A stretch of 26,893 nt of DNA, taken from NCBI GenBank assembly GCA_045046875.1, contig JASFYY010000141.1, positions 1 through 26,893 of the forward strand, read 5' to 3'. Position numbers and translations under genes: made by a program. This document shows positions 8,428 through 16,845 of the stretch, piece after piece. Source of the DNA: Verrucomicrobiota bacterium (GTDB lineage: Bacteria; Verrucomicrobiota; Verrucomicrobiia; Verrucomicrobiales; DEV007). The notes beneath the pieces are model-generated. The model made no database searches, was not told the origin of the DNA, and saw nothing but the letters and a program-made list of their open reading frames with translations. Numbering within the stretch: the first letter of the stretch is position 1; every line of letters starts with the position of its first letter.

Positions 8428-9978
8428 ATGCGCTATATTTTAACATTTGTATTTTGCACGCTCGCGACTTTTGCCAGATCGGCTGAAGCTCCCACTAATG
8501 TCTTGCTCATAACTGCTGATGATTTAGGTTATGAGGCACTTGATTTCCTCGATGGGGGATTAGCCGGAGTCACTCCCAATCTTGAGAAGCTGGCTAGTCA
8601 GAGTCTGAGTTTCAAAAAGGCTCATGTGAATGTTGCGATATGCGCGCCCAGTCGAAGTGTGATTGGGACCGGGCGTTATGGGCACAACAGTGGTTTGTTT
8701 GGTTTTAACCGGCTCTCTAAAAAGATTCCGACGGTGTTTGGGACTTTTCAGAAAAACGGGTTTCTTACGGGGGTGTTGGGCAAGGTCACTCATTCGACCT
8801 GTGATCCGGATTTTGTCTGGGACTTTGTTCATGACTATGCGGACTTGGGGGCGGGTCGCAGTCCCAGTAAGTATCATGACTATGCAGCGGAGTTTTTTGC
8901 TCGCAGCAAAAAAGAGGGCAAACCTTTTTATTTTATGGTCAATTCCCACGACCCGCACCGACCTTTTCACAATCCGGATCGGCCGATGAAAACTGCGGAG
9001 GAGCCTTCGCGTTTGTTCACTGCCGAAGAAGTGCCGGTGCCTTCTTACCTGACGGATTTGCCCGAGGTGCGTAAGGAGTTGTCACATTATTACAATTCGG
9101 TCAGGCGCCTAGACGATACGGTGGGGCGGGTGCTCGAAGCGCTTGATCAGTCAGGGCTGGCGGACAATACCCTGGTGGTATTTATCACCGACAACGGCTC
9201 GGCTTTTCCTTTTGCCAAGGCTAACGCCTACCTCGCCAGCACACGCACCGCGTTGCTGGTGCGCTGGCCGGGGGTGACCAAGGCGGGCACTGTGGATACG
9301 AAACATTTTGTCTCGACGGTTGACTTTTTTCCGACTTTCATGGACGTCGCCGGATTGCAAAAACCTGAGGGTTTGGACGGACGCTCACTGGTGCCTTTGT
9401 TTAAGGGAGAGCAGCAGGAGGGGCGGGAATATGTGTTCACTCAGATCGATTACACCATTGGCGGTCCGCCCAAGCCGATGCGTTGTATTCAGGATGGGGA
9501 ATACGGTTACATTTTCAATGCCTTTTCCGACGGCAAGTTCAGATACAGAAATAACAACGAGGGGCTGACTTTTAAAGCGATGGAAAAAGCGGGCAAGGAG
9601 GATGCGGCGATTCAGCAACGAGTGGATATGTATCGTTACCGCATTCCCCAGGAGTTTTATGACTTACAGAAGGATCCGGGTTGCACCATCAATTTGATTG
9701 ATGATCCCGCGCATCAGCAACGCATCGCTGAATATCAGCAACGTCTGCGACAATGGATGGTCGAGACCAATGATCACTGCATCGCGGCCTTTGATGTTCG
9801 CGACGATCCGGTGAAGCTAGCGGCGGCGATCAAGAGCTATCCAAAGTTGGTAAGGCTGGGCAAGCCGGAGAAAAAATCAAAACCCGGCAAAGCTGGGGAC
9901 GACGAGAAAAAGCGCAAACGGCGTGAGCAACGACTCAAGCGGAAAGCAGAGGAGAAGGCAAATCAGGACAAAAAATAA
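8428..9978 (+). CDS. S1 sulfatase, N-sulfoglucosamine sulfohydrolase (sulfamidase)-like
   Basis: Signal peptide; NVLLITADDLG, CAPSRSVIGTG, HDPHRPF, ITDNGSAFPFAKANAY. Subfamily assignment is tentative. Confidence 0.93.
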   Translation: MRYILTFVFCTLATFARSAEAPTNVLLITADDLGYEALDFLDGGLAGVTPNLEKLASQSLSFKKAHVNVAICAPSRSVIGTGRYGHNSGLFGFNRLSKKIPTVFGTFQKNGFLTGVLGKVTHSTCDPDFVWDFVHDYADLGAGRSPSKYHDYAAEFFARSKKEGKPFYFMVNSHDPHRPFHNPDRPMKTAEEPSRLFTAEEVPVPSYLTDLPEVRKELSHYYNSVRRLDDTVGRVLEALDQSGLADNTLVVFITDNGSAFPFAKANAYLASTRTALLVRWPGVTKAGTVDTKHFVSTVDFFPTFMDVAGLQKPEGLDGRSLVPLFKGEQQEGREYVFTQIDYTIGGPPKPMRCIQDGEYGYIFNAFSDGKFRYRNNNEGLTFKAMEKAGKEDAAIQQRVDMYRYRIPQEFYDLQKDPGCTINLIDDPAHQQRIAEYQQRLRQWMVETNDHCIAAFDVRDDPVKLAAAIKSYPKLVRLGKPEKKSKPGKAGDDEKKRKRREQRLKRKAEEKANQDKK

Positions 9979-11087
9979 TGAAAGCACGAATAGTATCAAA
10001 TTGCTTGGCTCTAGCAGCCGCTCTCAGTTTTAACGCCTACGCGGCTGAGCTTCCCTATTTGGGAAAAGAGGAAGGGAAATCGAGCTCAATGCTCAAGGAA
10101 GCCTATGCGAGCACCTCGCCGGAGGATCTGGGCGATGGCATTCAAGTCGGAACGCTGGACTTACCAGGAGCCGAAGCTGCCGTTAAAGCATTTATTGCTG
10201 ATGACAAAGCTGGGAAGTATCAAAATCTAGATAGTTTTTTGATTTGGAAAGAGGGGAAGCTGGTCTTTGAAATGTATAACCGCAACGGGCGTGTGGACTC
10301 CCCTCACTACACCATGTCCGTGACCAAAACGATGACCTCCGTGGTGCTCGCCAGAGCAATTCAACTCGGCTTGTTAAGCATGGATGATCTGGATAAACCT
10401 GTGATTGATTTTATGCCTGAAATCGACCGGGAAAAAATCCAAAAAGGAGTGGAGACGATTACTTTGCGTGATGCCCTTTTTATGAAATCAGGCCTTCGTT
10501 TCAAAGAAAAGAATTTCGACAGAAAGCTGAAGGAAAACAAACAAGATTATTTCCAGAAAATATTTGAGAACACTGAACCTATTTCGGAAGAAAGCAAAAA
10601 ATACAAATACACCGGACTGAACCCTTCTATGATCATGATGATTATAGACATCAAGACAGGGGGGGAAGTGGAAGACTTTATAAAAAAAGAAGTGGCCGAT
10701 AAAATTGGAGCAAAATACACATGGGGGACAGCGAACGGTATTCCCAAATGTGGAGCAGGAAGCCATTTTACCTCTCGTTCACTGCTCAAGGTTGGCACCG
10801 CGATCCTGCAAGAAGGAAAGTATGCAGGTGAGCAATGGCTGTCTCCGGATTACGTCAAGCTCATCATGGATACCAATAAAGGGCAGGGGTATTTTTACTA
10901 CTTCCATAACCGGCGTAAATTCACAGCGAAAGAAGAAGTGAATTTCATCAGCGGTATAGGTGCGGGAGGTCAATACATGAGCATCTACCCGAACGAAAAA
11001 ATGATCATTGTTGCGACATCTACTAAAAGCAAAATAGGTGGCCCTCTGGATGTGATTAAAGATCACTTTTCGAACTTTTTTCAATGA
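9978..11087 (+). CDS. Beta-lactamase-fold serine hydrolase (class C / family VIII esterase-like), secreted
   Basis: SxxK motif SVTK, LFMKSG, YKY, GIGAGGQY; start overlaps the upstream stop (TAATG). Confidence 0.85.
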   Translation: MKARIVSNCLALAAALSFNAYAAELPYLGKEEGKSSSMLKEAYASTSPEDLGDGIQVGTLDLPGAEAAVKAFIADDKAGKYQNLDSFLIWKEGKLVFEMYNRNGRVDSPHYTMSVTKTMTSVVLARAIQLGLLSMDDLDKPVIDFMPEIDREKIQKGVETITLRDALFMKSGLRFKEKNFDRKLKENKQDYFQKIFENTEPISEESKKYKYTGLNPSMIMMIIDIKTGGEVEDFIKKEVADKIGAKYTWGTANGIPKCGAGSHFTSRSLLKVGTAILQEGKYAGEQWLSPDYVKLIMDTNKGQGYFYYFHNRRKFTAKEEVNFISGIGAGGQYMSIYPNEKMIIVATSTKSKIGGPLDVIKDHFSNFFQ

Positions 11088-11193
11088 CTCCGTGATTGGA
11101 CCGTATTCCACCACGGAACGCAACTCGAAGCAGAGCTGTGATAAAATTCCAGTTGGTGTTATTCTAATAAAATGGAACAAATTAAATTCGTCG

Positions 11194-11757
11194 ATGAACT
11201 CAATCACCAAAGAAAATATCCTCGCCGGCGATCTTGATGCCTATGGCGAGGTGGTGCGTGAATACCAGGGCATGGTGAAGGGTTACGCGTTGCGGCGTCT
11301 GGGTGATTGGACACTGGCGGAGGAAGTGGTGCAACTGACCTTTATTCGCGCTTATCAGAAGCTGGAGGAATTCCGCGCTGACGAGGAATTCGGGGTGTGG
11401 CTGTGTGTGACGGCAAAGTATCTCATTTTGAGTGAGCTGGAAAAACGCCGGCGGGAAGTTCACAATCGGGACAAGTTCCGTGATGTATTGGAACTCGAAA
11501 TTGCCACGGCGGCGGCGGACGATCTGGCGGTTGATTTTAAGCAGGATCGTTTTGATGCGCTGCAGGATTGTGTTGATCAACTTCAGGAGGGGAGCGCTGA
11601 GTTGATCAAGCGACGTTATTTTGCAAAAATGAGCTGCAAGGATATTGCGGTAGAAAAAAACCGCAGTCTCACCTGGGTGACGTCGACACTCAGTCGGGTT
11701 AGAAAGGCGTTGAGAACTTGTTTGCAGAATAGAGGTGAGCCGGAGGTTTTGTTATGA
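11194..11757 (+). CDS. ECF RNA polymerase sigma factor
   Basis: Region 2 AEEVVQLTFIRAY...FGVWL; region 4 LIKRRYF...DIA...LSRVRKALRTCL. The ATG at 11194 is preferred to the GTG at 11092. Confidence 0.92.
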   Translation: MNSITKENILAGDLDAYGEVVREYQGMVKGYALRRLGDWTLAEEVVQLTFIRAYQKLEEFRADEEFGVWLCVTAKYLILSELEKRRREVHNRDKFRDVLELEIATAAADDLAVDFKQDRFDALQDCVDQLQEGSAELIKRRYFAKMSCKDIAVEKNRSLTWVTSTLSRVRKALRTCLQNRGEPEVLL

Positions 11758-13178
11758 AAGAGGAACGTTTTGCCGACTTGTTCGAGCGTTATGTTGATCG
11801 CAGCATCGATGAAGAGGGTGCCTGTGAGTTACTGGAATTTTTTGCGTCGGATCCCGCTGCAAAAGATCGATTTGTCGAAGATCTCAGAACCAGTCATTTG
11901 TTACATGGATTGGCAGAGAACGGCGATGGAGAAAGTGTGGTCAAGGAAGTGCTTGAGAGCATTCGCCTTGGTGATGAATCGCCGGACATCACGGAGGAAG
12001 TGATGGCAGAATTAAGGGGGGCTTCTGAGCCCGTCGAGGGCAAGGTGATTTGGTTTCCTGCTTGGCGTAGAGGGGGCTATGCGGTGGCGGCAGTTGCTGC
12101 TGTTGCGGTCGCAGCGATGGTGGCATTGTCTTTGATATTTAACATCCGGGATCATAACGATAGATTGGCAACTCTCACGCATGTGATTGATGCCAAGTGG
12201 CAGGCTGATATTCCACTTGTCGCCGGAGATCAGCTGGGCAAGGGGCGGATCCATTTGTTGTCGGGGGTGGCGCGGCTTGATTTTGCCAATGGGGTGAGAG
12301 TCACTCTGGAGGGGCCGGCGGATTTCGAGTTGATCGCAGTCGGCGAAACGCGCTTGCATTCGGGTAATCTGGCGGCGCATGTTCCACCGGAGGGCATTGG
12401 GTTTTTGGTTCACACCGAGCAGGCGGAGGTGGTCGATCTCGGAACCACTTTTGGCATTTCGGTTGATGCCAATGGCAAAACGGATGTGGCCGTTTATGAA
12501 GGCAAAGTCGAGGTCACATCAGTGCAGAGCCGTGAGGAAAAAATCATTCATGAAGGCAGTGTGGTGACACTTGAAAAAGAGTCAGGAAAATTGACTCCGG
12601 TGAAGTTGATATCCCGTTCCTTTCGGGGTTGGCCGGTTTTATTCGGCGTGCTGAATACCGGGGGGCGGATTCGTTTTGTGAATGCCCAGCCGATTCGCAA
12701 TCCACGCGAAGTGGTCGATGCGGAAAATATCATCGTCTTTCCAGAACGATTCGGGGCTGTGGTCGATACACCATTGATCGTGACGCTCACTGAGCCTGGG
12801 CATTATCGAACTCGGGATCTGATCGACCATGAGATCAGTCTCGATTTGAAGGGTAAGCGGGTGAACACGTATTTGTTACAGTTTAATCCTCCTTATGTCG
12901 AGGATGCGCCCAATTCAGATCAGGTGAGCTTCGTGGGGCAGGTTACTTTTGATCGCCCTGTTATTGCGATTATTACGGATAGGGATCAGTTGAAACAATC
13001 TGATTCAGTGTTGGGTAAAAGCCGTTTTGAATATGATTCTACCCGGTCGCGAGGATTGGAGCATGGGGATTCTTTGAGCTTGAGTGAAGATCTTAAGACT
13101 TTGAGTGTCGATTGGTTGGTGATGCAATCGTTGAAGAATGGTATGGATCAGGTGCGGGTGATTGTGGATGCGCAGTAG
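11754..13178 (+). CDS. FecR-domain anti-sigma factor / transmembrane sensor
   Basis: ATGA overlap with the sigma gene; acidic N-terminus, one TM helix (YAVAAVAAVAVAAMVALSLIF), FecR motifs LEGPADF, VVDLGTTFG, VYEGKVEV. Confidence 0.9.
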   Translation: MKEERFADLFERYVDRSIDEEGACELLEFFASDPAAKDRFVEDLRTSHLLHGLAENGDGESVVKEVLESIRLGDESPDITEEVMAELRGASEPVEGKVIWFPAWRRGGYAVAAVAAVAVAAMVALSLIFNIRDHNDRLATLTHVIDAKWQADIPLVAGDQLGKGRIHLLSGVARLDFANGVRVTLEGPADFELIAVGETRLHSGNLAAHVPPEGIGFLVHTEQAEVVDLGTTFGISVDANGKTDVAVYEGKVEVTSVQSREEKIIHEGSVVTLEKESGKLTPVKLISRSFRGWPVLFGVLNTGGRIRFVNAQPIRNPREVVDAENIIVFPERFGAVVDTPLIVTLTEPGHYRTRDLIDHEISLDLKGKRVNTYLLQFNPPYVEDAPNSDQVSFVGQVTFDRPVIAIITDRDQLKQSDSVLGKSRFEYDSTRSRGLEHGDSLSLSEDLKTLSVDWLVMQSLKNGMDQVRVIVDAQ

Positions 13179-13209
13179 AGATGGAGAAAGAAGGAGGCGC
13201 GTGGGGGAT

Positions 13210-13280
13210 GTGGGACGTAATGGCATTGCGTGGGGGTGAGGGTGGTTTGCGGGAATACACGGATTGCCAATCCATGCCAC
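13210..13280. repeat. REP doublet (REPIN-like), GTGG-type
   Basis: GTGG+gacgtaat-ggc-attgcgtg (13210-13232) and, on the minus strand, GTGG+catggatt-ggc-aatccgtg (13258-13280). Confidence 0.85.
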
Positions 13281-13327
13281 GATGAGGGAGGCGCGTGGTG
13301 GATCTTAAATAGGAAAAGTTTGCTGTC

Positions 13328-13358
13328 TTTTGTGACAAAAATTGGTCTCGTCCCTACA
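13328..13358 (+). promoter_or_regulatory. Putative ECF sigma-dependent promoter of the esterase operon
   Basis: ttttGTGACaaaaat...GTCCCTACA, matching 6665-6696. Confidence 0.6.
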
Positions 13359-13379
13359 TTGGTGATGAACGATTTATTT

Positions 13380-15104
13380 ATGAGCTCAAAGAATGTGTTG
13401 CTTAGGGGTAAGGTGTTCGCTTTTTCATTGTTTTTGCTGTGCGTGCCGGCTCAGGCTGAGATGACTTTTCCGAATTTGTTCGGGGATAATATGGTTTTGC
13501 AGCAGAAGGCGAAAAATACCATCTGGGGTTGGACTGAAGCGGGGCGTAGGGTGACGATCAGCTCAAGCTGGGGGGCTGAAGCTTCGGTCATAGCGGGAAA
13601 GGACGGCAAATGGAGCTTGTTGCTCGAAACGCCGGTTCATGGCATCGGGCACAGTTTGGAAATTTCGGATGGGGTGGATAAAAAATTGGTCAAAAATGTG
13701 GCGATCGGCGAGGTTTGGTTGTGTGCGGGGCAGTCGAATATGGGGTGGTCGCTGGGGCAAACCTTTGGTGGTGAGCAGGAGTCAGCGAAAGCAGATTTCC
13801 CTAATTACCGGATTTTCAAATCATCTAGGGAGCATTGGCATGAGCCGCTCAACAAATCCCGTGACCGTTTGGCCAAGTGGCTACCGTGCACACCCAAATC
13901 GGCAGCGGCTACGTCGGCGGTGTCTTATTATTTTGGTAGGAAACTTCACCAGGAACTCGGGGTTCCGGTGGGAATCATCGTGCAGGCTTACGCAGGAACT
14001 CCGATTGAAGGTTGGATGCCGTGGCAGATTCAGAAGGATGATGCACGGGCTCAGGCGCACAAAAAGAGCTTGGATGATACGGTTGCGAGGCAGACTACGA
14101 AACTGGGTATGACACATGCGAAATCTTTGGTCGATTTTAATCAAGAGCTCAAAACCTACAATGAAAAAATTGATGTGGGTGAGACGATGAAAAATAAATT
14201 CAGGCAACTGTCACCGCCTACCATCACCAAGCCAGCGGATCTTGGGAACCAGTATCCGGCGCATATTTTTAATGCGATGATTTATCCTGTCCGTCCTTAT
14301 GGAATTCGAGGCATGATCTGGTATCAGGGGGAACGCAATGCCAAAAACGTTCCGCAAGCTCTGCGCTACCTTCAGCAATTACCGCAGATGATTGACTATT
14401 ACCGTCAAAGCTGGTTTGAGCTTTCGGGTGGCAATACTGATGAGAATTTCCCTTTCTATTTCACCCAGTTGCCCAGTTGGAATCCGGCTCAGAAAGAGCC
14501 GGTGGAAGGTGAGGAAGCCTCTTGGGCTGTCAGTCGTGAAATGATGCGTTTGGTGAGTGAAGAGCATGCAAACACCGGGATGGTAGTGACGATTGATACT
14601 GGTGACCCTGTTCTCTTGCATCCGCAGAACAAACAGCCAGTTGGGATCCGGCATGCTTATTTGGCTTTGAAACGCACTTACGGAAAAGACCTCATCGACA
14701 GTGGGCCTCGCTATCAAAAATATAGTGCGAAAGGAAATCGGGTCACGCTAGAATTTGACTCGACCGGTGGTGGACTGACGGCTGCACGAGAGGGCAAGTT
14801 GGATGCTTTAGCGATCGCGGGCGCGGATCGGCAATGGCATTGGGCGGATGCTGAGATCAAGGGCAATACGGTGGTGCTTTCCGCTGCCGCTGTAGCAAAA
14901 CCGGTGGCAGCTCGTTACGCATGGGCGATGAACCCCTCTCAGCGCAATTTGCTTTACAATAAAGAAGGGCTTCCCGCTTCGCCATTTCGCACCGATGACT
15001 GGCCGCTGTTTGAACCTGGGAAAGAAGTGATTGAAGTTTTTAAACCTAAAAAACCAAAGGGCTACCAAGCGGCCGATTGGCAGCGGCCTGAAATGACTCA
15101 ATAA
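13380..15104 (+). CDS. Sialate O-acetylesterase (SASA / SGNH) family protein, secreted
   Basis: FGDNMVLQQ, GEVWLCAGQSNM, GMIWYQGE, HPQNK, GLPASPFRTDDW; signal peptide ending AQA. Start is the ATG at 13380 or 13365; the longer ORF from 13230 runs through the REP. Confidence 0.9.
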   Translation: MSSKNVLLRGKVFAFSLFLLCVPAQAEMTFPNLFGDNMVLQQKAKNTIWGWTEAGRRVTISSSWGAEASVIAGKDGKWSLLLETPVHGIGHSLEISDGVDKKLVKNVAIGEVWLCAGQSNMGWSLGQTFGGEQESAKADFPNYRIFKSSREHWHEPLNKSRDRLAKWLPCTPKSAAATSAVSYYFGRKLHQELGVPVGIIVQAYAGTPIEGWMPWQIQKDDARAQAHKKSLDDTVARQTTKLGMTHAKSLVDFNQELKTYNEKIDVGETMKNKFRQLSPPTITKPADLGNQYPAHIFNAMIYPVRPYGIRGMIWYQGERNAKNVPQALRYLQQLPQMIDYYRQSWFELSGGNTDENFPFYFTQLPSWNPAQKEPVEGEEASWAVSREMMRLVSEEHANTGMVVTIDTGDPVLLHPQNKQPVGIRHAYLALKRTYGKDLIDSGPRYQKYSAKGNRVTLEFDSTGGGLTAAREGKLDALAIAGADRQWHWADAEIKGNTVVLSAAAVAKPVAARYAWAMNPSQRNLLYNKEGLPASPFRTDDWPLFEPGKEVIEVFKPKKPKGYQAADWQRPEMTQ

Positions 15105-15132
15105 GCTGACTGAAATAAAATTAACCTGAATT

Positions 15133-16365
15133 ATGAACTCAAATAAAATAACGCACTACTCATGGCATGCAATCACTTGGGTGGTGTGCTCATTCGCATC
15201 ACAGTTGATCGCCCAGCAGAGCACGGGAACGGAAGACGAGAAGGTGAGCTTGAATGTTAAATCCAAGTTCGCCTACATTGATCGAAATCAATTCTTGGAT
15301 CGTGGTGAGATCACCTATCAAGTGCCAGTTAAACGTGATGACGGTATTAAGGTCGGGGATGCGAGCAAGGTGGCCGATGTCAGCGGGATCATGGATTTTG
15401 CCAATCAAATCGAAAAGCAGAATCAGGACTTTAAATTAGGCCGAGGAAAGTCAGTCAAAAAGGGTGACGGCAAACGAAGTCCGAAGATCCAAGGTACGGT
15501 GGATAGCCTGTTGATTGCCAAGGGAGGGGTATTGGTTGTTGAAGAATATTTTGCTGATGCGCGCTGGGATCGCCCGCATTACCAGATGTCGATCACCAAA
15601 AGCATCATGTCCTATGCCATCGGTAAAGCGATTGAGCAGGGGGAAATCAAGAGTGAGAATGACTTGATTCTGGATTATTTGCCAGAGGTGGATCACAGCA
15701 AAATCACCGCTGGCACAGAGAGTCTGAGGCTCAAGGATTTGTTGACGATGAACTCCGGTATCCGGATCAAAAAGGGGGCGAAACCGCGGGCGAAGATTAC
15801 TTTGAAAAATCACGTGGAGGTGATCTTGTCGCTCACGGATCCTATTCCCGAAGATAAAGAATACAAATACGATGGAGTGAATCTGGATTTGCTGGGGCAC
15901 ATTCTTTACAATACCACGGGCAAGACTCTGGGGGAATTTGCCGGGCAATATCTTTTTGCTCCGCTGGGGATTAAGAATTTTAAATTTGGTAAATCCATTT
16001 GCGGGCTCGACAAAGGCGCGGCTGGCATGGCTTTGACATCGCGTGACATGCTCAAGGTGGGACTGATGACAGCAGCGGGGGGTAAGTGGAACGGAGTGCA
16101 GGTTTTGAACTCAGAATGGGTTGAAAAAGCGACCGCTGTGCATGTGAATCAGGATCAGCCAAATCATTATGGGTATTTCTGGTGGAGTCATGAGATTGAT
16201 CTCAAGGGGCAGAGCTACCGTGTGAGGTCAGCGCGTGGTGCGGGCGGGCAGTACATTTTTGTTTTACCGGAGCTGGATCTGGTGTGTGTGTTCACCAGTT
16301 ATTATTCTCCGAATAACCCACTGACCTACTTTGAGAAAGTGGTTGCGCCTGCTTTTGTCGAATGA
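15133..16365 (+). CDS. Beta-lactamase-fold serine hydrolase, secreted; paralog of 9978..11087
   Basis: PHYQMSITK (SxxK), LLTMNSG, YKYDG, YGYFWW, ARGAGGQY. Confidence 0.87.
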   Translation: MNSNKITHYSWHAITWVVCSFASQLIAQQSTGTEDEKVSLNVKSKFAYIDRNQFLDRGEITYQVPVKRDDGIKVGDASKVADVSGIMDFANQIEKQNQDFKLGRGKSVKKGDGKRSPKIQGTVDSLLIAKGGVLVVEEYFADARWDRPHYQMSITKSIMSYAIGKAIEQGEIKSENDLILDYLPEVDHSKITAGTESLRLKDLLTMNSGIRIKKGAKPRAKITLKNHVEVILSLTDPIPEDKEYKYDGVNLDLLGHILYNTTGKTLGEFAGQYLFAPLGIKNFKFGKSICGLDKGAAGMALTSRDMLKVGLMTAAGGKWNGVQVLNSEWVEKATAVHVNQDQPNHYGYFWWSHEIDLKGQSYRVRSARGAGGQYIFVLPELDLVCVFTSYYSPNNPLTYFEKVVAPAFVE

Positions 16366-16371
16366 TTTGGA

Positions 16372-16744
16372 CCGCGGAACCTCCTTCGCCTAGGCTTTGG
16401 CGGTTGAGCGGGCGTGGATGTGCGCGGATAAGAGGGGGGAGGGAGAAAAATTAATGAGGAACACAGCCGATCCCGGTAACGCAGGGAAGACATTTGGATG
16501 GGACTAACCGAACACAGCCGTAGCGTAGCGAAGACAGCTGGAGGAAATTACCCGAAGGCAAATTGCCCCTCCTTCGTTCCGCTGCCGCGTCACTATGGCG
16601 GACAAGCAATCCATGCCACGATTTGAAGAGTGGATGCGCGGTGTGGAGTGTGGCACGCAATGGCATTGCGTGGGTTTTGCTGGTGAGCGAGAGGGGCGCA
16701 GCTGGAGGATAACACGGATTGCCAATCCATGCCACGATTTGAAG
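16372..16744. repeat. Composite repeat region: cgcggat triplet, mini-cassettes, one interrupted REP and one intact GTGG REP doublet
   Basis: Intact REPs at 16650-16672 (GTGG cacgcaat-ggc-attgcgtg) and 16713-16735 (identical to 13258-13280); REP remnant at 16513-16619; cctccttcg...tggcgg...agc units at 16380-16409 and 16568-16607. Confidence 0.82.
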
Positions 16745-16790
16745 GGGGTAAGATCGGCTTATGTCTGGTGTTATGAATAATGGTAGGCAC

Positions 16791-16825
16791 AAAAAAACGG
16801 GAGGAACCGAAGTTTCGCCCGTTTT
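16791..16825 (-). terminator. Rho-independent terminator of the DUF1080 gene (possibly bidirectional)
   Basis: Hairpin aaaacgggaggaac-cgaa-gtttcgcccgtttt with an A7 run, 20 nt past the stop at 16846. Confidence 0.75.
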
Positions 16826-16845
16826 AAATTTGTCTTTAGTGAGAT

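Noticed and set aside
10480..10720. AT-rich stretch inside the first serine hydrolase
   Set aside because: Explained by Lys/Glu/Ile-rich coding; the frame is intact and no mosaic junction is evident.
13230..13364. Longer start for the O-acetylesterase
   Set aside because: Runs through a REP and the putative promoter; the signal peptide starts near 13365-13380.
16607..16744. Possible CRISPR array from repeated caatccatgccacga
   Set aside because: Too few copies, irregular spacing, inverted partners and no cas genes; the pattern fits REPs.
16451..16792. Small ORFs in the repeat region (also 13005-13338 and 1230..1634)
   Set aside because: Their shared peptides (e.g. MDWQSV, RIANPCHD) are translations of REP sequence or antisense shadows, not evidence of genes.
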